This document shows, piece after piece, positions 1 through 9,592 of a stretch of DNA of 64,000 nt; the first letter of the stretch is position 1, and each line of letters starts with the position of its first letter. The notes beneath the pieces are model-generated. The model had not been told where the DNA came from. It ran no database searches and saw only the letters and a list, made by a program, of their open reading frames with translations. Source of the DNA: a virus; IMG/VR virus record IMGVR_UViG_3300045988_160113, positions 64,001-128,000 of that record. One strand, given 5' to 3'. The position numbers and the translations under genes are program-made.

Positions 1-31
1 TATTACTTATTCAGTTTATTGTTTTCTAAAA

Positions 32-292
32 TTACTTCTCTTCAGCGGCATCAGGATTGAAAGCCATACCATCCTCGGTAAGAGAAATGTACTTAACAAC
101 GACATCCTTGTCATCAGCACCCTTGATGTGCTCCTCAGTACGAACAGCATAGCCCTTCTTGCAGAGGCCAGTAACAGAACCAACAACAGTGGGGCCAGAA
201 ACACCAAGAGCATCAGCAATGTCCTTATTAGTTAGCTTGGAACCATAATTGTCCTTTAAGAAATCGAAAACACGGCGACTATTGATTGTCAT
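32..292 (-). CDS. small winged-helix/HTH DNA-binding protein
   Basis: 86 aa ORF; HTH-like segment TNKDIADALGVSGPTVVGSVTGLCKKGY; AAGGAG RBS upstream; preceded by three tandem promoter cassettes. Confidence 0.6.
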   Translation of the reverse strand: MTINSRRVFDFLKDNYGSKLTNKDIADALGVSGPTVVGSVTGLCKKGYAVRTEEHIKGADDKDVVVKYISLTEDGMAFNPDAAEEK

Positions 293-388
293 AACAAAAT
301 TCTCCTTTTAATAAATAAAATATATTTTTAATGGCACAAGCCACTAAATTCAATAAAATAATTTCTTTCCCTCTCACTTTCTGTAATT

Positions 389-417
389 AGTATACTAAAA
401 ATTTGAGAAAAAGTCAA
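389..417 (-). promoter_or_regulatory. sigma-70-like promoter cassette (proximal of three tandem copies)
   Basis: reverse strand: -35 TTGACT (412-417), 17-bp spacer, -10 TATACT (389-394), leader ACAGAAAGTGAGAGGGAAAG. Confidence 0.6.
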
Positions 418-478
418 ATTTCTTTCCAGTGAAATTTATAAGTTTTGCACTTATTTCTTTCTCATTCACTGTATAAAT

Positions 479-507
479 ATTATACCAAATATTTTCTGAA
501 AAGTCAA
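479..507 (-). promoter_or_regulatory. sigma-70-like promoter cassette (middle tandem copy)
   Basis: reverse strand: -35 TTGACT (502-507), 17-bp spacer, -10 TATAAT (479-484). Confidence 0.6.
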
Positions 508-590
508 ATTTTCACTTTACTCTTCAAGAAAAAATATAACATTTATAGAAAGCAATCAATTCATTTCTGTCTCTCTCACTTTCTATAAAT

Positions 591-619
591 ATTATACTCT
601 AAATTTTCTCAAAAGTCAA
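591..619 (-). promoter_or_regulatory. sigma-70-like promoter cassette (distal tandem copy)
   Basis: reverse strand: -35 TTGACT (614-619), 17-bp spacer, -10 TATAAT (591-596), leader ATTTATAGAAAGTGAGAGAG. Confidence 0.6.
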
Positions 620-635
620 AATTTCATTCTAACTT

Positions 636-3002
636 TTATAATGAGAAAATTGAAGTTGCTTTTTCTTTTGCTTTTAGTTTCAAAGCCTTTACACCCAAGC
701 TCCCCTTTGACGTCAAAGCTACTTCGCGCGTAGAAAATCTAATCGCCGCAGAACCAGTAGTTGTTACTACATCCATTACATCATTTGCTGGTAAAAAACC
801 AACAAGTTTTTCTCCGTCAGTAACTTTATGGAGTTTGGTTCCTTTTACATTACGATTAGTCTTGGGAAGTTCATCCAATGAAGTTCTACTAATCATGCCA
901 TCTGAAGTCAGTGATACGATTTCGTGCGCAGAACTATCAATAACCTGAGCGTCAATAACTTCATCACCATCATTGAGTTTTGCTCCTTGTACACCCATAG
1001 CAATTTTACCAACAGGGGTAATATCAGATGTACTAAATCGCATAAACTGACCACGCGTAGTAAGAAGTCCAATATCTTCATCATTTAGGAAAAGAATTTT
1101 ACAAAGATTATCACCCTCGCGCAGTTTGATAGCAGAAGAGCCACGGCCTGTTTTGGTTTTATATTCAGTAATTGCTGTCTTTTTTACAAGTCCATTCTTT
1201 GTAATGAAAACAATAAATTTACTTGCACTGGCTTTATCAAAGGAAGTGATATTTGTGATATACTCACCATCTGCTAACTTCAAAATTTCGCTCACATTGA
1301 TAAAAGCATTCAAAGGAAGGTCAGATAGAGGATAAGAATAACTCTTACCAAGATTAGAAAAAGCCATGAGAGTTCCAAGATTAGTATCTGCGACACTTTC
1401 AATGACACATTCACCATTTTGAAGTTTTATTTTACTTCCAGTTCCACCACGGCGCTGAGTAATTAGAGTGGACTGTTCGTTAGTATAAATGTTGCCATAA
1501 TTAGTCAGATTTACAATAAGAGACTTTTGTTCAATAACTTCACCCTCTTCATTAGACTGTAAATCCATAATTTGTGTTCTGCGCGCGTCTCCAAATTTGG
1601 TTACGACTTCACGAAGTCCATTTTCAATTTCTTTTTTGAGAAGAGTTTCATCATTTAGAATAGACTCAATGTGCGTGGCCTCTTTTTCAAGGTCGGCTTT
1701 TTCATTTTCAAGTTTGTTGATTTCAAGACGAGCAAGACGCGATAGCTTGATATCAAGAATTGCCTTGGCTTGTGCTTCATCAATAGAGAGTAAAGATTGA
1801 AGAGCCACATTCGCTGCGCGCGTATCAAAAGATTGTTTGATAGTGCGGACAACTTCATCAATCATATTGATTGCCTTGAGTAGACCATCAATAATATGAA
1901 GCCGCGCGCGAATTTTATTGAGATCAAATTCAAAACCACGGATATATACTGCGCGCTCATGGTCAAGATGAGATTGAAGAAGTTCCTTCCATGTAAAAAC
2001 TTTTGGATAGCGACCATTTTCAAGCATGGTCATATTGATAGTATAATGACTCTGTAGAGAAGTATTCTTATATAAATACTTCAATACTTTTTCTGGTGTT
2101 GCATGTTTAGTAAGATAAATTTTCAAATTACTTCTATAACCACTATTACCAGTCAAATCATTGAAACGCTCAATACCTGGATTTTCTTCACTCTCCAGAA
2201 TTTTTTCAAGTTGTTCACAAATTGTATTTGTATATACTCCAAAAGGAACTTCACTAACAATAAAACAACGCTCTTTTTGATTATATTCAAGAAGACTGCG
2301 AAGTTTACAAGCGAATCCTCTTCCATTGAGAAGTGATTCTTTTGTCTCTTTTGGATTGAGAATAATTGCTCCGGTAGCAAAATCAGGAAGAATAACAATA
2401 TCTTCTGCTGGAGTATCTGGTTCCCAAAGCAACTTGATAAGAACTTCATTGAGTTCTCTAATATTGAATTGAGGAACAGAACTTGCCATACCAACAGCAA
2501 TACCGCTACTACCATTTACAAGATTATAAAAACCCTTACTTGGTAAGACAGACGGATATTGAAGATTATCAGCGTAATTATCATGCCATTCCTCAATGGT
2601 ATTTTTCTGAATATCGGCAAATAAATAATTACAAGTTTCTGCTAATCTTGTAGATGTATAACGCTCTGCCGACCAACTACCAGAACTCATAAGTGTGCCT
2701 GAATTACCTTTTACTTCAGTAATAGGATATCTCATACTAAAGTTTTGTGCTGCGCGCATCATAATACCGACGCAAGAACTATCACCATGAATATAAAAAT
2801 CTTTCATAGCATCCCCCATAGGGGCATTAGTTTTTTCATAAGGTTTTTCATGGACATATTTATTACGCCACATGGAATAAAAGATTTGTCTAGCAGATGG
2901 TTTCAATAAATCACGAGAATCTACAAGTGCGCGAGACTGAAGAACTGCTCCACTATATTGAATAAAAGAATCTTTGATAATAGGAGTAAGATTTACTTCC
3001 AA
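636..3002 (-). CDS. type IIA DNA topoisomerase subunit A (GyrA/ParC-like)
   Basis: 788 aa; catalytic-Tyr motif AERYTSTRL; N-terminal LKPSARQIFYSM segment; repeated C-terminal beta-pinwheel-like segments. Confidence 0.9.
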   Translation of the reverse strand: MEVNLTPIIKDSFIQYSGAVLQSRALVDSRDLLKPSARQIFYSMWRNKYVHEKPYEKTNAPMGDAMKDFYIHGDSSCVGIMMRAAQNFSMRYPITEVKGNSGTLMSSGSWSAERYTSTRLAETCNYLFADIQKNTIEEWHDNYADNLQYPSVLPSKGFYNLVNGSSGIAVGMASSVPQFNIRELNEVLIKLLWEPDTPAEDIVILPDFATGAIILNPKETKESLLNGRGFACKLRSLLEYNQKERCFIVSEVPFGVYTNTICEQLEKILESEENPGIERFNDLTGNSGYRSNLKIYLTKHATPEKVLKYLYKNTSLQSHYTINMTMLENGRYPKVFTWKELLQSHLDHERAVYIRGFEFDLNKIRARLHIIDGLLKAINMIDEVVRTIKQSFDTRAANVALQSLLSIDEAQAKAILDIKLSRLARLEINKLENEKADLEKEATHIESILNDETLLKKEIENGLREVVTKFGDARRTQIMDLQSNEEGEVIEQKSLIVNLTNYGNIYTNEQSTLITQRRGGTGSKIKLQNGECVIESVADTNLGTLMAFSNLGKSYSYPLSDLPLNAFINVSEILKLADGEYITNITSFDKASASKFIVFITKNGLVKKTAITEYKTKTGRGSSAIKLREGDNLCKILFLNDEDIGLLTTRGQFMRFSTSDITPVGKIAMGVQGAKLNDGDEVIDAQVIDSSAHEIVSLTSDGMISRTSLDELPKTNRNVKGTKLHKVTDGEKLVGFLPANDVMDVVTTTGSAAIRFSTREVALTSKGSLGVKALKLKAKEKATSIFSL

Positions 3003-3033
3003 AGAAATTCCTCCTTTTACATTTTATATAATT

Positions 3034-3062
3034 ATTATAACAAAAATAGAGAGGAAAGTCAA
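3034..3062 (-). promoter_or_regulatory. promoter cassette upstream of the topoisomerase A gene
   Basis: reverse strand: TTGACT (3057-3062), 17 bp, TATAAT (3034-3039). Confidence 0.6.
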
Positions 3063-3078
3063 ATTTCCTCTCTACTCT

Positions 3079-3465
3079 TTATTCTCTAATTAGTGAGAAA
3101 TCAACATTTTTGAAAATAAAATCTGTTCGAGGTTCAACATCTTTGCCCATAAGACTATAAAGCAAATCAAAACTAAGCTGGTCTGGTTTGAACACATCAA
3201 GTCTTTGATATTCTGGAGTGAACATGGATTCATGGGCCTCTATTGCTTCGAGTGAACCAAGTCCCTTCGCGCGATGAACTTCACCTTTGATTTTACCCTG
3301 CTTACGCGCAGCATCAAATTCTTCATCATTGAAATAATAAGAACGATTTTTACCTTGCTCGACAATAAAAAGTGGAGAACGAAGCCAACAAAGGCGACCT
3401 TCCTCGATAAACTGAGGGGCAAGTTTTAGTAAACAAGCCATAACAAGAAGCCCGATATGATAACC
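3079..3465 (-). CDS. type IIA topoisomerase subunit B, exon 2 (C-terminal part of Toprim and tail)
   Basis: Begins GYHIGLLVMACLL, continuing the Toprim motif TDADSD|G from exon 1 (compare GyrB [20 protein letters not shown]); the ORF track start at 3477 is a TTG inside the intron. Confidence 0.8.
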   Translation of the reverse strand, partial: GYHIGLLVMACLLKLAPQFIEEGRLCWLRSPLFIVEQGKNRSYYFNDEEFDAARKQGKIKGEVHRAKGLGSLEAIEAHESMFTPEYQRLDVFKPDQLSFDLLYSLMGKDVEPRTDFIFKNVDFSLIRE

Positions 3466-4507
3466 CACTTTACCCAATATTTCTATTGGAGTAGACTATA
3501 TGTTACTCATTATAAAATGAGGATGCTCTTTCCCACCTACGTATCAATAGTAGGGGTACTCCCCTTCCGGGGGATAGTCGTTACAGGCTTCATTTACTAA
3601 CCCAAGCCTTTTGTTTTTTGCTATATACTGGAAGGTTTTTATAGGTGCGACCCCACAGTATTTGTTGTATTGTATTATAATTACATCTATCTTTATAATC
3701 ATTATAAATACTTTTCGCATCTTCTGAGACGTATCTTTGACGCATTTCTAGAACTTCTTTATCAGTAAATTTAGCATTGGTAGATTTTTCACCATCTGTG
3801 GCATGATATTTATAAAAGTTTTTATTTTCTTCTGTATAAACTTCCATTTTTATATCTTGCCAAGTGGAGCCATCCCAAATACTAGCAAATCCATCAAAGC
3901 TAATTTTATCTTTGAATAATTCATAAACTTCTCGTCTACGAAAATGCTCATCATAACAATTTCTTATATAAGCGACGTCTTCATTTGAAAGTTTTGTTCT
4001 GCCATTATTTTCACCACGGCCATTTTTCCCTCCGGGATGACAGTTGTAGCCAAAACCTTTATATGTGTCATAATAAGCAATCCAATAAATTTCTCTTTCA
4101 TCTAGATTTTCAAGAGAACACTCTTCGATTATTTCAAAATCGAAAGATTCAATTCCATATTTATGAATTGCTATATCTATCGCTAAATCTGTTTTTGTTT
4201 TATGTTCAGAAAATCTTCTATCTATATTATTTGATTGCCCAATATAAGATTTTCCATTTTGTTTCTTTGTAATTTTATATATGCCTATCATTGCGGCACC
4301 TCCCACAATTTTAGGCTTTGGGTTAGCAAATGATTCCCACGGGATCTGCGTGTCCTTTTTGAAAAAAGGATTTAGCTTCTCTTACCACCATAACCTTACG
4401 GTTTAGTTGCCCGTTAGCCTCTATTTATAAGTAGAATATGTAAACCCTAATTATAAAAATTTGAGACCCGATTGATAATCGAAAAGCATCTACAGACAGT
4501 TTTACTT
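3466..4507 (-). mobile_element. group I intron (about 1042 nt) with internal GIY-YIG homing endonuclease ORF
   Basis: Interrupts the Toprim motif between ...ICTDADSD and GYHIG...; the 5' exon ends in U (GAU) and the intron ends in G (..AAAGUG). Structured flanks include the GNRA hairpin CCCC-GGAA-GGGG and several other stems. Confidence 0.75.
3590..4291 (-). CDS. GIY-YIG homing endonuclease (intron-encoded)
   Basis: MIGIYKITKKQNGKSYIGQSNNIDRRFSEHK ... EIYWIAYYDTYKGFGYN; ATG at 4291 has a GGGAGG RBS (the track start at 4306 is GTG). Confidence 0.85.
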   Translation of the reverse strand: MIGIYKITKKQNGKSYIGQSNNIDRRFSEHKTKTDLAIDIAIHKYGIESFDFEIIEECSLENLDEREIYWIAYYDTYKGFGYNCHPGGKNGRGENNGRTKLSNEDVAYIRNCYDEHFRRREVYELFKDKISFDGFASIWDGSTWQDIKMEVYTEENKNFYKYHATDGEKSTNAKFTDKEVLEMRQRYVSEDAKSIYNDYKDRCNYNTIQQILWGRTYKNLPVYSKKQKAWVSK

Positions 4508-5980
4508 ATCTGAATCCGCATCTGTACAAATTCCAAGACGTCCATATCTAAGTTTCTTACTGTCGTATTTTCCAGGAACAATATTCATCGCGCTGAGAAG
4601 AAGTTTGATTTCTTCATTCTGAAAAATCTTTTCATCATCATTAGAAAGGCAGTTGATAATTTTACCTTTGACACACATTAGACCAGTTTTATCGGTATTA
4701 CGCGCCTGTGCCATACCATTGAGTGCACTGTCTCCCTCACAGACAAGAAGAATAGCATCTTGTCCAAGGAATTCTGCATCCTTGAGTTTATCTGATGCGA
4801 ATACTTTACGCTTCTGATTTTTTTCAATATCTTTCTGCGCATTCAAGACCTGAACTCGCGCGCGTTCTGCGGCGGCTTCTGCTTTAGCAATTTTAGTGAG
4901 AATTTCAATAACTTTATCAAAATCCCCTCTGCGGCGCGCGTAAAAATCTTTTAGGCAACTTGAAATCGCAGTAGCAGTTGCTGTTCCTGCTTCTTTATTA
5001 GCCAAAGCAGTTTTTGCTTGGTTAGAAAATTGGCCAACATGGACTTTGACGGAAACAAAACCCTCAAGACAATCTCGGATTTGTTCTCCAATGAATTTTG
5101 TTTTTGCGAGATTATTGAAAGTTCTTGTTAGAGAGGTTTTGAAAGAACTAATAAAAGCTCCACCATCAGGCATATAAAGACCATTTGCATAACCCTTGAT
5201 ACTACCTTTTTTAGTTACCCATTGTAGAGCAAGTTCTACTTTGCAATCTTCATCTTCATAAAAATAACTAAAAGGTTTGCCGATAGCATTTTCACTTTTT
5301 AGACCATCAATAAGTCCATTTTCAGAGAAGAAAATTTGTTCTTTTCCATCAATAATAAGAATAATTTTTAGCCCTTTAGTAAAATAAGACATTTCACGAA
5401 GCATATTTTTTAGAGATTCTTCATCAATAAAAATATCTCCGTAAACGGCTTCATCTGGAACATAAGTAATAATAGTTCCAGTTTTAGAATCCTTTGCTTT
5501 TGAAATTTTTACATCTGAAGTTGGAGTGGCACCTTCTTCATTGCTTTCAAATCGTTGAAAATAAATATTTCCATCTCTATGGACTTCTACTTCAAGCCAC
5601 TTTGCTGTATGACAAACTACTTTATTACCCTCACCATTGATACCAACCGAACTAACATAAGACCCTTCCTTATGTTTTGCTCCTGAGTGCGGAAGTAGAA
5701 AAGCTGCGGTAAGAGAGTTCACTCCATCATTACGAACCGCGCAAGGAATTCCACGCATATTATCAGATACACGAATTTTTCGTTCTTTTGTAAAAAGTTC
5801 AATTTTTAGAAAAGGATTTTCTGGTTTATATACTTCAAATTCATCCTGAACATTGACAATAAGTTCACGCAAACCAAGATTGATTGCTTCTTGACGGTCT
5901 GCGCTAAGATACATTCCAATTTTTTCTCTAAATGCTCGACCTGGAGATAAAGTTGTCAAGTCATTAGCGCCGTATGTCAT
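4508..5980 (-). CDS. type IIA topoisomerase subunit B, exon 1 (ATPase, transducer, N-terminal Toprim)
   Basis: GHKL-like N-terminus (GLRELIVNVQDE, GINGEGNK); Toprim LLVCEGDSA and ICTDADSD; the in-frame stop at 4502-4504 lies in intron sequence. Confidence 0.85.
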
Positions 5981-6710
5981 TTAGTATTTCCTCCAATCTT
6001 TCTTCAATATCTTCTTCATAAGTGATATAATATAATTTTATATTATTATTATCACAATATTCTTTTTTTATTATATCAGATTTTTGTCTTTCTTCAAATT
6101 TTTCTTTATTATTCCAACCTGAATTATGATATTTGAAATGAATATCTCCTTGATATTCTATTAGACAAAGTAATTCATTTTTATTATTGAAAATAGCAAA
6201 ATCATATCTATATTTCCCACCTTTTTCCGTAGAAAAATTTGGAAAAGAATATTCGGCTTTATAATTGATATTATGACTATTTAGATATCTGTTTATTGTC
6301 ATATTTCCAACAGAAGAAATACAACCACAAGAATTGGTGTCTCCGCATTTCAAATATTGATGTTGAACTTCACAAATATTACCACAATCACATTGGCATA
6401 ACCAGACTCTTCTTCTTTTTCCATTATCTTTAGTTATCCATCTTGAAAATGATAAAACAGTTAGACGACCAAATCTTTGTCCAGTCAAGTCTCCTCCACC
6501 ACGTTTCATGTTACTTTCTGCGGCTCGTTCTTTTTGATAACAGCCACAAGATTTAGTGTTACCACTTCGTAATTTTTTCCCACTTACTATTACTTCATTT
6601 CCACATTTACATCTACATTTCCATGTTGCTCGATTGTCTTTATCATTTGGAGCGCGTGCTATTACTGTGAGATAACCATAAGTATTACCTATTTCATTTT
6701 TTAGAGCCAT
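5964..6710 (-). CDS. homing-endonuclease-like protein: Zn-ribbon repeats plus PD-(D/E)XK/Vsr-like C-terminal core
   Basis: Repeated W.C.C.CGN..V....L.SG.T.SCGC modules; C-terminal YRYDFAIF...LIEYQGDIHF; overlaps the topoisomerase B start by 17 nt. Confidence 0.5.
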   Translation of the reverse strand: MALKNEIGNTYGYLTVIARAPNDKDNRATWKCRCKCGNEVIVSGKKLRSGNTKSCGCYQKERAAESNMKRGGGDLTGQRFGRLTVLSFSRWITKDNGKRRRVWLCQCDCGNICEVQHQYLKCGDTNSCGCISSVGNMTINRYLNSHNINYKAEYSFPNFSTEKGGKYRYDFAIFNNKNELLCLIEYQGDIHFKYHNSGWNNKEKFEERQKSDIIKKEYCDNNNIKLYYITYEEDIEERLEEILNDIRR

Positions 6711-6782
6711 TTATCTCACCTCCTTATTTATAAGTAAAACTGGACTAAACGGAATATAATAAATTCATACCATTATATTCCA

Positions 6783-6926
6783 TTAGTGAAAGCCCACCTC
6801 CACTTTTGTATTATCTTTTTTCTGTTCTAAAACTACAGAATCATTTCCATCATTCAATTTTATATAAAATTCTGAGGTAATTTCTTTGGCAAGTTGTTGA
6901 AGTTGCCCAACCTTTTCAAAATCCAT
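6783..6926 (-). CDS. hypothetical small protein (47 aa)
   Basis: ATG preceded by AAAAGGAGG and a promoter cassette; below the ORF-track size cutoff. Confidence 0.45.
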   Translation of the reverse strand: MDFEKVGQLQQLAKEITSEFYIKLNDGNDSVVLEQKKDNTKVEVGFH

Positions 6927-6955
6927 AATTGCCTCCTTTTCATTTTTATATTTAT

Positions 6956-6984
6956 ATTATACTATAAAATAAAAGAAAAGTCAA
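6956..6984 (-). promoter_or_regulatory. promoter cassette
   Basis: reverse strand: TTGACT (6979-6984), 17 bp, TATAAT (6956-6961). Confidence 0.6.
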
Positions 6985-7012
6985 ATTCTAAAAGAATCTG
7001 ACTTCTCAATTA

Positions 7013-7294
7013 TCATTCTGAAGATTTTTCTCCCCATGCTTCATATATCTCTTCTTTCGTAAAAGCCCATCCTTTACCATAAGTATCTGCTGTATATTTA
7101 TTATAGTCTGGGCCAGGCCAACCCCAAACATAGAAGAAACCAGTCTGGTCTTTGAACCAATCAAGACAATCTGTATTGATTGTAAAAATTTGCTTATCAA
7201 GAGAATCAGGAATCTTATTTGGGCTATACAAAAGGCTATAGATACAGTCATGCTTCATTACTTCGATATAGAAATTTTTTGTTTTGTCTAACAT
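7013..7294 (-). CDS. hypothetical protein
   Basis: 93 aa ORF packed directly downstream of the helicase gene, same strand. Confidence 0.55.
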   Translation of the reverse strand: MLDKTKNFYIEVMKHDCIYSLLYSPNKIPDSLDKQIFTINTDCLDWFKDQTGFFYVWGWPGPDYNKYTADTYGKGWAFTKEEIYEAWGEKSSE

Positions 7295-7298
7295 ATTC

Positions 7299-8345
7299 TC
7301 ACCACTTCATCATTGCTGGTTTCTTTTTTGGTTTATTTGTTACCCAAATCAACTTATCAATCGCACGAGTGGCTGCGACATAACTTACGCAACGTTCATC
7401 TGTATTATAGAATCGTGCGCCAATGACTACTACATTCTTACGTTCAAGACCTTTACTGGTATGAATAGTCAATACTTTGACTGTATCTCGTGCCATAGCC
7501 TCAGCAAATTCTTGAGCATCAAGTTCCGCGCGTTTGAAAGAATCACATGGAATACCTGCTTTTTCGAGAATGGATTTGATAGAAGAAAGTTCATTATTAG
7601 TGCGGCAAAGAACAAACCAGTCATTATAATGACCATCATTCTTGATTGCTTCGGCGATTTGAGAATTAGTGAATTCACCCTCAATTACTTGACCTTCAGT
7701 TCCGCGCATAGGGATAGAATAATCAACGTATTGTTTACCATTTTTCTTGATGATATCTTTAGCAAAAGAAAGAATTCTACTACCATTGCGATAGTTTTTA
7801 TTTAGGTCATATGTCATTACATCCCAATCTTGAGTTAGTTCAAGAAGTCTTGCGGGATTGGCCCCACGGAAACCGTATAATTCTTGGCGTGGGTCAAAGA
7901 ATATCATATAATTCTTAGGCTGGATCATATCTAACATAAAATATAATTCATTTTCTGTTGAATCCTGTCCTTCATCCAAAAGCAAATAGTCAACTTCTTT
8001 TATTGCCCATGGACGCTCTTTTATAATTTCAAAGAATTCATCAAAGTTTTCTTCTTGAATTAGTTTAGAAGTATCATAACCAGACATAAGTAATAGACGA
8101 TTACAATAAGCATGAACAGTTCCAATAAATAAGGATGGATAGTCTCCAATTCTTTTTCTCATTTCAATCGCGGCAGCATTAGTAAAAGTAATACATACTA
8201 CTTTTGATGGATCAGCACCATGTTCAAGGATATATTTTAGTCGTGCTGTAAGGCAGTGAGTTTTTCCTACAGCGACAGAGGACATTACTAATACTTTTGA
8301 TTCTTGTGTTTCTACTATTACTTTCTGCAAATCATTTAGTTCCAT
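7299..8345 (-). CDS. SF1 DNA helicase (UvrD/PcrA-like, compact)
   Basis: Walker A SSVAVGKTH; motif II LLLDEGQD; TIHTSKGLERKNVVV; YVAATRA. Confidence 0.85.
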   Translation of the reverse strand: MELNDLQKVIVETQESKVLVMSSVAVGKTHCLTARLKYILEHGADPSKVVCITFTNAAAIEMRKRIGDYPSLFIGTVHAYCNRLLLMSGYDTSKLIQEENFDEFFEIIKERPWAIKEVDYLLLDEGQDSTENELYFMLDMIQPKNYMIFFDPRQELYGFRGANPARLLELTQDWDVMTYDLNKNYRNGSRILSFAKDIIKKNGKQYVDYSIPMRGTEGQVIEGEFTNSQIAEAIKNDGHYNDWFVLCRTNNELSSIKSILEKAGIPCDSFKRAELDAQEFAEAMARDTVKVLTIHTSKGLERKNVVVIGARFYNTDERCVSYVAATRAIDKLIWVTNKPKKKPAMMKW

Positions 8346-8382
8346 AATTCAACTCCTATCTTCTCTTTCCACTATTTATTTT

Positions 8383-8411
8383 ATTATATTTCAATTTTCT
8401 CAAAAATTCAA
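8383..8411 (-). promoter_or_regulatory. promoter cassette
   Basis: reverse strand: TTGAAT (8406-8411), 17 bp, TATAAT (8383-8388). Confidence 0.55.
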
Positions 8412-8414
8412 ATT

Positions 8415-9509
8415 TTAGCCGCTTGCCTTCATGTTGAATCCATATTTATCCGCTCCATAGAATTCAATCCAGAATTTTTCGCGCGCGGATAGGTTTTCCT
8501 TTTCTACTCTTTCAATTACTTCAAAAGTAAAATTATCAATTCCTTGTTTCTCCATTGCGTCATGAATTGCTGCCCATGAAATAGTTCCAGTATGAAAAGC
8601 AGATTTACAATGCTGTTGCCAACGAGATTTGATATCGGTTGATTTGCCAATATAAATACGTTCGTCTGGCCCAGTAATTTTGTAAATACCACTAAAAGAT
8701 TCATTATTTAGCACACGCTTCTCCATTTCTTTCACTGGTCGCGCAATATAAAGGTCATAAATAAGTTTATATAATGAGGTAGTATCATTTAGACGAGGCA
8801 TGATAGACAATAATATTTGAATATCTTCTTTTGCGCCATCTGATAATTGGATTTTATAAAATTGACTTTGCTCTTCAACCGCACGCTTGCGAAGAATTGC
8901 TTCATTTATAAGTCTTTGTTTTTCTTTGAAGTCATTTACTTCGGATTGTAGACTTTCCTTCTGCGCGCATAATGAAAGAATATCATCATTTATAACTGCT
9001 TTTATTTCTTCTCCATACTCATTGATATTCTTTGCCATTTGGTCTTTAGAAGCCTGGACTTTCTCTTCCTCCGCGCGCAGAGTAGATTGAAGTTTTGTAA
9101 TTGCTTCAACTTTATGGTGCTGAAGTTGTTCATCTACTAAAGCAATACGATGATTTTTATAATCATTTAGTCTAATTTCATATGCGTTTTTCAAATTCTC
9201 AGTATGTTGGTATAGAATATCTTGTTGCTTCAAAGCATCAAGTCTTGCTTCATCTATTTGATTTCTAATTGTATTTAGAGAACGCTCTTGCGCGGCAATA
9301 GAACTATTATAATTTTGTTGTAATTGCTTTATTTCTATGTCATACTTTTCTTTTTCTAATCTATATTCTTCTTGTATTCTTCTTCTTTCTTCTACATATT
9401 CACTAAAGTCTCTTTCAGTTAACTTTAGATATTTATTCTTCAAATATTTTGATAATAAAATTATTGCTATTATTGCTACTAATATAATTATACCATATAT
9501 CATAACCAC
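8415..9509 (-). CDS. membrane-anchored coiled-coil protein with C-terminal GIY-YIG nuclease domain
   Basis: N-terminal TM segment IYGIIILVAIIAIILL; long heptad-rich middle; C-terminal SGIYKITGPDERIYIGKSTDIKSRWQQH...FWIEFYGADKYGFN. Confidence 0.7.
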   Translation of the reverse strand: MVMIYGIIILVAIIAIILLSKYLKNKYLKLTERDFSEYVEERRRIQEEYRLEKEKYDIEIKQLQQNYNSSIAAQERSLNTIRNQIDEARLDALKQQDILYQHTENLKNAYEIRLNDYKNHRIALVDEQLQHHKVEAITKLQSTLRAEEEKVQASKDQMAKNINEYGEEIKAVINDDILSLCAQKESLQSEVNDFKEKQRLINEAILRKRAVEEQSQFYKIQLSDGAKEDIQILLSIMPRLNDTTSLYKLIYDLYIARPVKEMEKRVLNNESFSGIYKITGPDERIYIGKSTDIKSRWQQHCKSAFHTGTISWAAIHDAMEKQGIDNFTFEVIERVEKENLSAREKFWIEFYGADKYGFNMKASG

Positions 9510-9540
9510 TCCTCCATAGTTATTTTATCCCTATAATTAT

Positions 9541-9569
9541 ATTATAGCATAAAAAGAAGAGAGTGTCAA
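9541..9569 (-). promoter_or_regulatory. promoter cassette overlapping an inverted repeat
   Basis: reverse strand: TTGACA (9564-9569), 17 bp, TATAAT (9541-9546); the -35 sits in the hairpin GAGAGTGTCA-aattc-TGACACTCTC, a possible terminator for the upstream gene. Confidence 0.55.
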
Positions 9570-9592
9570 ATTCTGACACTCTCAACTTTTGA

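Noticed and set aside
7284-7805. 173-aa plus-strand ORF opposite the helicase gene (and similar plus-strand ORFs 1126-1335, 2103-2336, 9758-10081, 10960-11307)
   Set aside because: These are antisense to well-supported minus-strand genes with clear motifs, and they are Phe/Ile/Ser-rich artefacts of AT-rich DNA.
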